Shown here: positions 51,048 to 62,723 of the stretch, in pieces
Position numbering within the stretch: the first letter of the stretch is position 1
Layout of the letters: each line of letters opens with the position of its first letter
Origin: Vezdaea acicularis
Lineage: Eukaryota
Assembly (NCBI GenBank): GCA_026025075.1
Contig: JAPEUI010000003.1
Coordinates: forward strand, 124,001-188,000
Reading direction: 5' to 3'
DNA: 64,000 nucleotides
Translations under genes and position numbers: made by a program
The notes under the pieces: model-generated
The model's database searches: none
Told to the model about the DNA's origin: nothing
The model's input: the letters and a program-made list of their open reading frames with translations, nothing else

Positions 51048-52379
51048 TTGCGCCCTAAAGTGCCACTCAGAAGGTGGTCAACCTCGGGCGGATACGGCGG
51101 GCTTTCTTCGCAAACCTCTAATATACGATGTGTTTCGCAAAGCTCAGTGAGGCTTCGAGAGCCATACCGCGAAGCTAGGGCGAATATTCGCAGTCGAAGT
51201 ACCCCTACACCCAAAGAGCCCGAGCCTGAAGAAGAGCACATCGCACCTCGGGAACCCCTCGTATCTAAACCCCTCGATGATGATCCAGGGTTTTTGGGAG
51301 AGATGCAAATGCTACGAACTGTCCAAGGAGTTCGAGATTATCGAAAGCTTCTTTCTGATGAAGCTAAGACGGTTGGCTTGGTTCCCACAATGGGCGCCCT
51401 TCACGAGGGGCACCTGAGCCTTATAAGAACCGCAGCAGCGGAGAATGATGTCGTGGTTGTCAGTATCTATGTAAATCCGACGCAGTTCGGAGTCAACGAG
51501 GATCTAGACAAATACCCACGAACCTTACGAAGCGATGTAGCGAAGCTAGTGCAATTGAATGAGGAACTTGTAAGGAAGCGTAGAGGGAAGGAAGATGATG
51601 CCCCTGGCACTTACACCCCCCCAGCACTAGGCGAGAAGGGCCCTATTGCTGCTATCTTTGTACCTCATACCAGAGAGATGTATCCTGGGCTGCCACCATC
51701 GTCGCAGATCGATGGCAAAGGGTCATTCGTCACTATCACGCCAATATCCAACCTGCTCGAGGGTGCCTCAAGACCAGTCTTCTTTCGAGGCGTTGCAACA
51801 GTCTGCATGAAGCTATTTAACATCGTTCAACCTACCCGGGCTTACTTTGGCCAGAAGGATATCCAACAGTCCCTCGTCATCAGACGCATGGTGAAGGACT
51901 TTCACCTACCCCTCACGATCCGCGTTCTACCAACCCAAAGGGAAGGAGATGGTCTTGCGCGGAGTAGCCGAAACGTATACCTTGGAGCTAGGAGAAGGGC
52001 AATCGCACCAATTCTATCAAGGGCCCTGAGGGTAGGACTTAGAGAAAGCCGACTTGGTAAGACAATGCGGAGTGACATCCAAGGGGCTGCGATGGAGATA
52101 CTATACCGTGAAAGGCTCAGACAAGAAGAGCTGAAGCCGTCGGTACGAGCACGTTTTGAAATCGACTATGTCTCGTTTGCAGATCCAGACACTATGGAGG
52201 AAATCGAACAGACTACTGATAAGGGGGCAATCTTGAGCGGTGCGATCAAGATGCTGCCAATCGAGGAGTCTTGGGATGGTGAGAAACTGGGCGAGGGTGA
52301 CGACAAGACGCCCGTAAGGCTTATTGACAATACAGTAATACTGAAAGGCCGATCTTCTAGAGGTGCAAATGTCATGTAA
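51048..52379 (+). CDS. PAN6: Pantoate-beta-alanine ligase (pantothenate synthetase); start uncertain (first ATG 51303)
   Basis: VGLVPTMGALHEGHLSL, SIYVNPTQF, LEGASRPVFFRGVATVCMKLFN, YFGQKD, DGLARSSRN and RLIDN. Confidence 0.93.
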   Translation: MRPKVPLRRWSTSGGYGGLSSQTSNIRCVSQSSVRLREPYREARANIRSRSTPTPKEPEPEEEHIAPREPLVSKPLDDDPGFLGEMQMLRTVQGVRDYRKLLSDEAKTVGLVPTMGALHEGHLSLIRTAAAENDVVVVSIYVNPTQFGVNEDLDKYPRTLRSDVAKLVQLNEELVRKRRGKEDDAPGTYTPPALGEKGPIAAIFVPHTREMYPGLPPSSQIDGKGSFVTITPISNLLEGASRPVFFRGVATVCMKLFNIVQPTRAYFGQKDIQQSLVIRRMVKDFHLPLTIRVLPTQREGDGLARSSRNVYLGARRRAIAPILSRALRVGLRESRLGKTMRSDIQGAAMEILYRERLRQEELKPSVRARFEIDYVSFADPDTMEEIEQTTDKGAILSGAIKMLPIEESWDGEKLGEGDDKTPVRLIDNTVILKGRSSRGANVM

Positions 52380-52543
52380 ATATATTGTAGAACATGATAA
52401 AAGGAACTTGTGCACGATACGTTTTTTTCTAAATAATGCCTGCGCCGTTGTACCTATGCAATGCGTGAAACTGTCGCGGTTAGTGATATGTAACGCCATC
52501 AGTAAACAAGGCCACTGTTCTACACCAGGCGGGTAGTCTTCCA

Positions 52544-53239
52544 TTACATCCTCGAAGGTTGCGTGATCTCTTGTGCTGGCGTATCCACCACCACACGGTC
52601 CCGCTTCTCCTTCCTACGTTGCTTCTCCTCTAGCAACTCCTTTGCCTGCTCCAGTATCGGTTCGTAGTCCCCAGGTTTCTGCATATCTCCATCTGGGCTC
52701 GCCAACTTCTCCTCAGCCTTCCTCGCCTTCTCCATCGCCGCCTTCTGCTTTTCATCGAACCTGTGCACCAGCTGTCAGCCCACCGTTTAAACCACGACGT
52801 TATCACGATCACATACTTCTCCTCCCTCTCCTCGTCCTCCAGAGCTTTTGGCCACACGAATGGCTCCATCATCTCCACGGTCATCTTCTTGATCGACCGT
52901 GGCCGGTACCACCTGTTCTGCGCTGGGATCTTCTTGCCCGGCTTGTCCTGCTGTACGGGCATCTGCTTCACGTACGACCGTACGGAGAGCACTCTGACGC
53001 CGTAGCCGTGGTATAGGTAGTCTTTCATGTCGAACTTGTTGAAGTTGAGGGGCACGATGAATTGCGCATACGTAGGCGGCTTGTCGGGGGTACGGAGGAG
53101 AGTGACGGTAAAGTTCGGCCTAGGAGAATCATGAGGGGTGGCCAATGCGCTTGCAAAAGGAGGGTACTTACAGATACACTTTCTTCAGGCCGAAGCCATG
53201 CCGTGGCCCGCCGTGAGGCGCGTATAAAAGTCGTGGCAT
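52544..53239 (-). CDS. MRP20: Mitochondrial ribosomal protein uL23m (Mrp20), 3 exons
   Basis: GLKKVYL|PNFTVTLLRTP...AQFIVPLNFNKFDMKDYLYHGYGVRVLSVRS...KKMTVEMMEPFVWP. Confidence 0.88.
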
Positions 53240-54009
53240 GCTTGAAGAGTCGTTCCTGGTGCTGGAAAGCTTTTGGATGCGCGAGACTTTGATGCAGGTG
53301 TCGGTCTCGGTTGCGCTTATCGCGTTAAGAATTCAAGGTTGGAGGCCTTCCTTTGTGGAACCTACAGGGACCCCACCTCAATGCTAAGCTGCGGACACGA
53401 CATTCCCGTTCTCCGTGACTTTGGGTTGAGGTTGGGGATGGAGATTATTTGGCTTCTCAAGAAGCTCTGGGTTTATTGTCTCGCCTCTTTTCCCCATACA
53501 CTCTGGACCGCAACTCCTTTGCCTTTGGTGTGTCTTTCCTTAATTGCTTCGTGAGTACCACGTCAAACGGGCAGCTCCTCCTCATTTCGTCGGCGACAGA
53601 TCGACTGAGTAAGTACCACATTTCTTGTGACTTCTGCTCTTCTTTCTTACAATCTACGTCCTTTTTGCCTTAGCTACGTCTTCTTTGGAAACAATTCAGT
53701 TGATTTTATCAACGACATTATCAATCCATTCGGCTCCTTCGCTCTCTTTTTATTGCTTTCAGAGTCTAACAAAGCCCTGTTATCTCTGGACACTACCTAT
53801 ATCTGTACACTGTTTCGCTCTATTCCTGCTATGTTATTGTTACTATATCTCATACCCCTCTCTTCCATAACTGCCCTGCTTCGTCTCGATACGCGGGGGC
53901 TCATGCTCAGAGACACATAATGCCGGATATTGATATGCTGGGCCATATTCTAGGGCGTGAAACAGAACCGGAGTCTCATTCTCCACCTTCTGAAGAATCA
54001 TATAGCCAG

Positions 54010-54758
54010 ATGCCGAGGTTTGTGCCACCGCTAAACTTCGCTCATGTAAGAGCCCAACTGAAGCTCCTTAGCTTTCAAATTTAACCAAGCACTCAGGTCG
54101 AACAAAGCGTCTACCGCTCTGGTCAGCCAAACCCACTCAACTTCCCTTTCTTGGATACGTTGGGTCTTAAGACAGTCGTCTGGCTATGTTCGTCCATATT
54201 CTTGAGGTCCCTTTCTTGGGAAGAGGCATTCTAACATCACTAGCAAACGATGAACCTAGCGATGCTTTCCAAAGTTATTGCGACGATAGAGAACTGATTG
54301 TGCATCACTTCATGGGGCTCGTGGACGGAGGGTCGCCATGGGATCCGATTACTGAGCAATGTGTAACTCACGCGCTCACCCAGATCATCGATATCAACAA
54401 TTGGCCCGTTTTGGTTTGTTGTGGGATGGGGAGGCACAGAACCGGTACTGTTGTCGGATGTTTGCGACGGTTGCAAGGGTGAGGAGTCTCTTTGGCCGAT
54501 TGCCCACAATCGAAACTAAGACTAACCATTGACTTAGCTGGAGTTTGTCGGCGTAAGCTCACTGAATAGGATATTCATTGTGTGATTGCTAATGGATGTA
54601 GAGCCCTCGAGGAGTATCGTCGTTACACAGGATCCAGAAGAACCCGAATTGTAAACGAGCTCGCCATCGAGGCCTTTCAAAGAGACTCTGTGCAGCTACC
54701 ACCCTTAGCTCTGCTTCCTTGGTGGCTCCGTGTAACTACCGTGGTACTGGAGAATTGA
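54010..54758 (+). CDS. OCA1: Siw14/Oca-family tyrosine-type phosphatase, Oca1-like, 5 exons
   Basis: [73 protein letters not shown]; the CX5R motif is intact. Confidence 0.8.
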
Positions 54759-55081
54759 ATGCTATTTGTATTCATCTTGGAGCCAGGCGTCGTAAGGAAG
54801 TCGGCTAGCATTGGGGTGGCTCCCTGTCATTTAGCGGGACATGGCTACTGTGCGTTATGGCCATCGTCATTTGTTCTCTAGGAATAGCTAGTCGACGTAT
54901 AAATGCTGTCCATACCTCTAAGTAAATACAAAAAGATTCTATATGCAACCCAGACGCCCTTTCCCTAGGATCAGTCCCCTTATGCAGCCATATTACACCA
55001 AGTCAGACGGGCCCCGTCCAGACCCCTTAGCAACATGCATCCAGTCCCTTCAGCTACTCAAGACAAATACAGTCGCACTCC

Positions 55082-56146
55082 CTACCAATCCCTCCCCAGC
55101 CTTTCCTCCTCATCCATCACAAGTTCATATGCCGGCCTGAAAGCCCCCTCGCCCACGACCTCCACGCCATCCTCCCCTTTCACCCTGAGAGCCGGATTCG
55201 GATGGGTGTCCGTCGTCCCCCCAAGACTCGTATATCCCATATCATAGAGCGGACAATACGGAATCTCCAGATGCCTGATAAACTGGATTATCTCCACGTC
55301 AGCCTTGAAGCCCCTTCTATAAAGCAAGGAGGAAGACTCACAGCCCAGATCTCGGCATAGTGCCAATCGATCACCGGATGAACTCTCATGAAACGTGGCC
55401 AGCGGCCGTCTGTCTCGGCGAAATGTCCGAGTTGCCCGCCATGTGGATCTGTGCGGCGCGTGCCGACTAGGATGGCGCGTATCTTGGGCTTGTCCTGCAG
55501 GTACACCTCGAAGGCGTCGCGCATCGGTAAGGAGTAGTGCGATAGCTCGAGGTTGTATGTCGCACTGGATGTGGCGACGAAGGCGTCGACGTCGGGGAAG
55601 GGATGGGGAGGCTGGATGTAGACGGACTGGAGAAGGGGTGGGAAGGGCGAGTGTGGGGGGCTGTTGGTATGCGGATGGGACTTGGGAGAGTCGGAGGGGG
55701 GGTTGAGTGGATGGCGCGTGGAGAGGGCGGCTAGGTAGATGATTAGGAGGACTAGGCAGTCTTTGCCGCCGTTGTAGGATAGGGAGAGGGACTCGAGGCT
55801 GTGAAGGTTTGGTAATAAGCTTGTGCAACGTTGGGGAGAGCGGGGGAGCTTGGAAGGCTTACGAGTAGCGATCCAGCGCCTGCGCGATGATATCTAGGGA
55901 TGTGCGCGTTTGCTGCTGAACGCTGTGCAGCCTGTCCTCGACCGAGAACTTCTTTGAGAGGAAAGCTTGAATCCGTCTATGCAGAGAGTCGCAGACGTCC
56001 TTCAGCGTCTCCGGAGATTGGGAAGTGGCTGTGGGTAGGCCATTGCCCTGCGAGTGCTCCTGTGTGGCGGCCTTCTCAGTGACATGGTGTACTGGGTCGG
56101 TCGGCATGACGAGTGGTGGGTGAAGACGTGGCAAGTTGATGGCCAT
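55082..56146 (-). CDS. FAD1: FAD synthetase (FMN adenylyltransferase, PAPS-reductase fold), 3 exons
   Basis: SLSYNGGKDCLVLL, GTRRTDPHG, WPRFMRVHPVIDWHYAEIWA|FIR, YCPLYDMGYTSLGG and ERLGR; start may instead be the ATG at 56107. Confidence 0.92.
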
Positions 56147-56440
56147 CGTCAAGTACAGATAGGGAAGGGAGAACTCAAGTCGCTGATTCTGTTCATGAGG
56201 ATTGGTGGCACGGGATGAGATGACGGGACATACTTTTTTTTGGAACCGCCGAGGCCCGCGATGAGCCGAGATCCATGCGCAGCATGGGAGATTGTCGCGG
56301 GGTTAGATGTTTCAGCCCTACGGAGGACTCAACATCAACACTGTTTATAAAGCGGTTTCAACTGCATAATGTTATATTTGTATTTATTATTGAGTGGATA
56401 TATGCCCGGCGAGCGGAGAATATTCCCATATAATGTTACA

Positions 56441-58873
56441 TCATCCTAGCAAGCCAGATGCCAAGGCTTCCAGATCCTCCAGCGTCTCTGGCTCGTCCGC
56501 TGCTTCTATAACTCTCCCCTTCCGCCTTGCAACTTTCTTCTCATCCCCGGACTCATCTTCGAACCATTTCTTAGGCCTCTTCTGCGGCCGGCCTTCTGTT
56601 GGTCGAGTCTCTTCAACGGGCTCCGCATTGTAGGGTGCAAGCTCAACCTGCGCCCCTTCTTCTTCTTCCCTCTCCGTTGCTTCGCGAGCTTTTCTCTTTT
56701 CGATTTTCTGGCGTTTCTTCTCCTTTGCAAGTTTCTTGTCTGCAAGATCAGTTGTTTGGACGCGCTGCCGCTCCTCTTCAAGGAACTTAGCTCGTTGAAA
56801 CTCAACGTCGCCTTTCTGTTTGAATTGCGTTTCGTCTTCAAACTTGTACATCGGTTGGGCGATTCCATCGTCGTCGAACACCAGCTTGGTGCCCTTCGAT
56901 TTAAGCTTGGCAACCTGCTTCTTAGACTTTAAGAGTCTTTCTCGTCGCTTAGAGTCGATCACGACAGCCTGACCACTGCCGTTAGAGATGATTTTGCGTT
57001 TCTTCATAGCAGGGTCAGGTGCATTTCCCAGATCGCTGTGGTTGTCATCACTGTCTGAAAAGACGTCGTGTCTTCGTTTGATGTTAAGGAAGTCCTCGTC
57101 TACATCTGCGTCGCCGTTCAGATCAGGCTTATCGCCTTCGCTTTGTATAATCTTCGAATAGTGGTCCGCCAGGACATCCTGGTTGCGTCGTTCAAACATT
57201 CGGTCATACTTCGTTCGCACGCCTCCTTTCTTCTTCTCCTTCAAATGCGGAGCTTCTGCGCTGTCCTCTTCAAGCTCGTCCTCTTCTCCAGATGAAATAT
57301 TCTGCCTTGGAGCATTCTTCCTTTCCTTTGCGCTGTTGCCCTTAGTGAACTTGATCTTAGGGGCACCTGGCAGACCCAAGCTAGCTGCAAATTCTTCAAG
57401 CTGCAACTTGTGGATGTCGAATATCTCCTTATCTTTCTGTAAGTATATAGACTTCGTATAGCTTATAAAAGCCTTCTGCCCGAGATACTTGAGCTCTGAA
57501 TCCTTAAAGCACATATTCTGCAGTTGGTTCTGAATGCTTTGCTGCTTTTTTGCTCGAACGTTTATTCGCTCAATGGGTACTTTCTTGTGCTCCAGCCTCT
57601 TGAGCATTCCCTCTTCCTCACTCGGGTCTAGGAAAAGGACTGCTCTCCCATTACGCTCATACCTCGCCGTCCGTCCAACACGATGAATGTAGGTATCTGC
57701 ATCCTCTGGGCAATCAAGTTGAAGAACCCAGTCCACGGCAGGAAAATCTAACCCTCGAGCTACAACGTCTGTCGCGAAAAGACATGAATGCTGGGAGGTT
57801 GAGAACTTTGTCGTAATTTCAAGCCTTGTAGTCTGCTTTTGCTTGCCAAGAAGGTGTAAGAGGGGTATGCCAGGTTGCAGGTGTCTTAAGCTTTCATACA
57901 CAAAGCGGACTTGCTTTCCCGAGGATAGAAAGACAAGTATCTTGGACTTGAGATTGCTTCTTATAAAGCTATAGAGTGTATTGAGCTTTTCTGGTAGAGG
58001 CGTTATGACATAGTGCTGCTGTAGCGTTGATGGGGTCGCGCTTGCGGCAGATTCATGAACAGAGATATATTCTGGGTCCTTCAAGCTCAGCCTAGCCAAG
58101 TCCGATACTCTCTTCGTCTGCGTAGCACTGAATAGTAGAGTCTGCCTCTCCTTAGGAAGGTGCTCAATGATCGCATCAATGACTGTTTGGAAACCCATGT
58201 CCATTATGCGATCTGCCTCGTCGAGGACTAGCATTTGCAGGTTATCAATCTCGAATTCAGCGGTCTGATCCATATGTTGCAACATCCTGCCCGGTGTGCA
58301 AACAAGAATGTTCATCCTTGCCAACCTCTCCCGCTCTTCTTGTAAGCTTTTGCCCCCAATTACCAACCCTGCTGAGAATGAATGAAAACGGCCTATTTTG
58401 CGCAGGACCTCGAAGATCTGGATGGCTAGCTCGCGCGTAGGCGAGATTATTAGAGCCCCTAGGCCATCTACTTCGCTCCATTTCTTACGGTACAAGTTCT
58501 CCAGGACCGGGACGAGAAATGCAAGGGTCTTCCCACTGCCAGTCTTTGCGGCGCCGAGACAGTCCTTGCCTTTGAGGGCGAGTGGGATCGCTTTCTTCTG
58601 GATATCTGTGAGGGTTTTGAAGTGTGAAGCATCTAGGCCTGAGGCCGTCGGACTCGAAAGAGGGATATCGGAAAAGGCATTGAAAATGGCAGCTTTAGGA
58701 TCCTAATTTTCATATCAGCGTGTGCGAGAACGGAGGTGGGGTATGAACAATACAAGATCAAGAACTCTCTGCCCTAGAGCCTCGAGGTCCTCTTCGACCC
58801 TTTTCCTTTTCAGCAACTTCGGGCGCTGCTTGGGCTTGATGGGCTGTGCATGCCCATGCTCATTTGGGACCAT
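56441..58873 (-). CDS. DBP4: DEAD-box RNA helicase Dbp4/Hca4 (40S biogenesis), 2 exons
   Basis: [44 protein letters not shown] plus the Dbp4-type [16 protein letters not shown]. Confidence 0.95.
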
Positions 58874-59441
58874 GGCTGCGACTGCAGCGTTTGGTGGTCA
58901 ATTATATTTTGCGGTTCCGAGATTCAGACGAGAAAGTCCTCGGTTTTGCTTGAGAGGCCATTACTGCTCCCCGTATTGTGTTTATACGGTGCACTGGGTT
59001 CACCATCTTAGCATATATACCACAATTCCAAGATGATTCATTCGCACAATTCTGAAGAAATTTGAAGTTTCCGTAAGGCTAAACTTAAAACTCATGCGAA
59101 GGCAGGTGGAATAATACTGTTCGTGTCTTGGCTGGCATTATAGACTGAAGGACATTTGGGTAGGCCTCTGGGCACAAGCTTCTGGTTGCTCACAGCTACG
59201 TGTCGATCTTAAAAGTTTTGCTTTCAAAGACAGATCTAACAGGCCTATTCGTGTCGAGGTGCGGGCAAGCAGAGCACAATTGACCACAAGTAGTGAAGTA
59301 AGGGAGATGTAAAGGTAGCTGTTCGCCAACTTGACCCGGTGGTTAGACGAAGACTTTCAATTTAGGACTGGCAGCCCACTACAAAGGCAGGGAGAACTCG
59401 TACCAGGACCATAAACTGAATCTCTGAAATAGGGGAGATGA

Positions 59442-61915
59442 TCAAGTACAGGTCCCATAACCTGCCTGGCAACTAGTTCTGCAGTAGACCAAGCCAGTAC
59501 CGCAATACCCATACTGTGAACAGCAACTCCCAGAGTAGGCCCCTAAGCAAGTACTTGAAGTTCCCACGCCGCACTTTCCGTCGGCCGAAGTGCATAACCC
59601 ATATTCTGATTGACAGCCAGAGCCGCAGTAGGTAGTTCCGGTTCCACAATACCCATACGGCGAGCAACAGCTCCCAGAAGGGGCTCCTAAGCAGGTGAAC
59701 GAAGTTCCGGCACCGCACCTCCTAGTCCCATCGGTGTTGCACAACCCATATCCCGTCTGGCAGCCAATGCCGCAGTAAGTAGGACCTGTTCCACAATATC
59801 CATACTGCGAGCAACAATTCCCAAAGTTGCTACCGAGGCACGTGTATAAAGTTCCTATGCCGCACGTTCCGTCCGGCGAGACCGTTTGCGTCGACACTGA
59901 CAATGGTCCAGACGCAGTCGAAGAGGGAGAGAGTGTGGAGCTAGATGTTAGATTATTCAACGCCGGTGATATAGATCGCTTGGAGGGTGAACATTGTCCA
60001 TATACCGGCTGACATCCGACGTCGCAGTATTCGGAGGATATTCCGCAGTAACCAAATTGTGAACAGCAGACTGTCCCATCGCTCCTAGCAAGGCAGGTAT
60101 TTGATGTTTTTCCCCCACATGTTGCATCTATCGAGTCGCATAGCCCATATCCCTTCTGACAACCTGCGCCGCAGTAAGAAGCCGTCTTCCCACAATACCC
60201 ATACTGTGAACAACAGTTTCCGCTGCCCTCCTGACAAGTGAAGGATGTTCCTACCCCGCATCTTCCAAAAGGTCCCACTGTCAGCCCGAGTGATGGCGAT
60301 GGAACCGGAGAAGTCGATGAAGATCGGGATACAGATGTTGAATTCTGCGACCTCGACTGTAGAGATCGCTTGGCAGCTGAGCATGTCCCGTAGTTTCCCT
60401 GACACCCTGAACCACAAAATTCGGAAGATCTTCCGCAATACCCACGAGGCGAGCAACAATCACCGAAGCTGCTCCCCTGACAGGTGTTTAACGTTCCCGT
60501 ACCACAAGTTGCGTCAGTGGAGGTCTCCAGATTACCCGAAGAGCATGTTCCATACTTCGCTTGACAACCCGTACTGCAATAGTCAGGGGTAGAGCCACAG
60601 TAGCCATGCGAAGAGCAACAGCTACCGAAACTACTACCCAGACAGGTGTTTGATGTGCCCTGCCCACACGTTGCATCGACGGAAACCTTCAAACTCGACG
60701 ACGGTAACGGCGTTGAAGAAGTTGATGAAGGCGGCGGGGTCGATCCAGAACCCGACCGATACCAATTCTCAGGGGGGTCATTGAGGCAACCGCCGACCGT
60801 AGTGGGCCTGAAGTTGTAGGATCGAAGTGTCTTCAAGAAATACTCTGTAAGATTGTATGCTGTCTGTTCATGAATGTCGTGCATGATTGATAGGTAGTCG
60901 CTCTCCGAAGCACCTCTCTGTCTCAGCGTACTGCCTACGATGTTCTTCGAGGCTTGTATCATGAGGGGGGAATCATGAAGGTAGTCTTCCGTATCGAGGT
61001 CAAAGTAGATTACATGGTAGCCAAGGTTCATCATTTCATTTTGGCAGGCAGAGTTACAACTCGAATAGGGCGGCCGCATGTAGGTTGGAAAGAATCCGAG
61101 GATATTCTGGAGAGCCATCTCATTGTAATACTATAATTGTCAGTGTAGCCTCACCAAGATATTCACGGAACTCTTCTGCCGGTTTTACACAAATCTAAAG
61201 GACTCACCATCTGATTTGAGCGTTGTTGCGAGGTCATTATAGATAGGTCTTGGTGTGACCAAGTATGGCTTGCAATCTGGTGCCCTGAGCTATGCATGCG
61301 CCTGATAAAAGTGGGGTATCCTGTGGCAGGGTCATCTATTTGGCCCTTTCCAAGGTTATTGCCAGTGATGAAGAAAGTCGCCTTTGCATTGTGTTGGTCT
61401 AAGATGTCAAGGATGTGACTTGTATAGATGTAGGGTCCGTCGTCGAAGCTCAAAGCTACAACGCCGTCGACAATGCAGTCAATTATACCGGCTCCTCCAT
61501 ACGGTAGGCTCCCTAGCCGCGGCCGAGCGATACCTGCTGTCGAAGCTCCAGTTGGTATTTTATTGCCATCACATGCAGAGCCGTAAGATATTTGGCAATC
61601 AGGAGAAGTGCAATAATCCGGACCGATACCGCAACTTCCAGATGTTAGCAGAGAACGTTCAGAAGTTTATGCTGGAAAGAAGATCTCGAAGCTATTGTAA
61701 AGAAGACAAGTAACATACTACCCGGCAGGTGAGCAGCATGATCCAGCGGCACATGATCCAAATGATGGCCCACATTGGTTATCTGCGTTAGCTCGATTTA
61801 AAAGCTGCTCTGAACCTGATGGGTCCAAATGTTTGTTAACAGAGGCATTGATAGGTCCAGCAATGCTGAGGACAATGAAGTTGGATACTAACGCAGACAG
61901 AGATGACGACAGCAT
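59442..61915 (-). CDS. Secreted CE4 chitin/polysaccharide deacetylase with 1 N-terminal and 7 C-terminal CBM18 (hevein) modules, 3 exons
   Basis: Signal peptide and all five CE4 motifs (SFDDGP, HTWSH, MRPPY, DTEDY, MHD). Eight repeats of CG..C...CCSxxGYCG....YC..GCQ..YG.C; the first is split by an intron (TA|T). Confidence 0.93.
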
Positions 61916-62723
61916 AGCGTTTGTAGATATATCGAACAAAGTATCTGGCAAAATTGTTCACTGTTGGAATCGCACTCTATGTCAAGGTGAGGGGAAAGAG
62001 GCATCTTAAATGTGAGATAAAGCGGGGAGGCCTTGGAATGTAGCACCATGAACCGACCTCAGAAGTAAGTGACATGGCCTGAAGGACTGACTCGGAGGTC
62101 TATGGCGGTGAGGAGTATGTTGTGCAAAGAGAGAAGGAAACCTGCATCCTGAGATAAGCCCACCCGATATGAAGGCTTACTTAAGATCATCAGCCATTCA
62201 GAGAGGCCTAATACAAAGTGAAGAAACGCAAAAGCCGTAAACAGCTTCTCAAGCAATGAAATTATTTTCTTGTAGACACCTCAAATGCTGCATACAAGGC
62301 GTTGTCAATCTGATACCGAATCTCGGCTGGGCGGGTAGCCGTGTTATCCTTAGATACCTTGATGCGGCCCTCCGTCCGACACAGGCACATGGAACCAGGG
62401 GTTGAGCATCTGATTTTATTTGAGGTGGTGTAACAACCAGGTTGAGTCTTAGCAGATAAGACTCCAAAGCAGCAAGCGCTGCCTTCTCATATGAACAGCG
62501 CTAGCACGCACATAAAAGCTGCCACACGCCCACTAGCTTGAGTGTAGAACGAGTCCGCATATAGCCATGTTTAGAATCTTACCATCATTTGCCTGAGGAC
62601 ATTCCAAATGTTTAAAGCATGGAAGGACAGCACGCTCGCACGCTCATGCCGTCATATAAAAGTCATCCTGTTCCGCAAAATAAGAATGCACCCAACCCTG
62701 AAGCTAGCAGCAGAACAGTCGAT

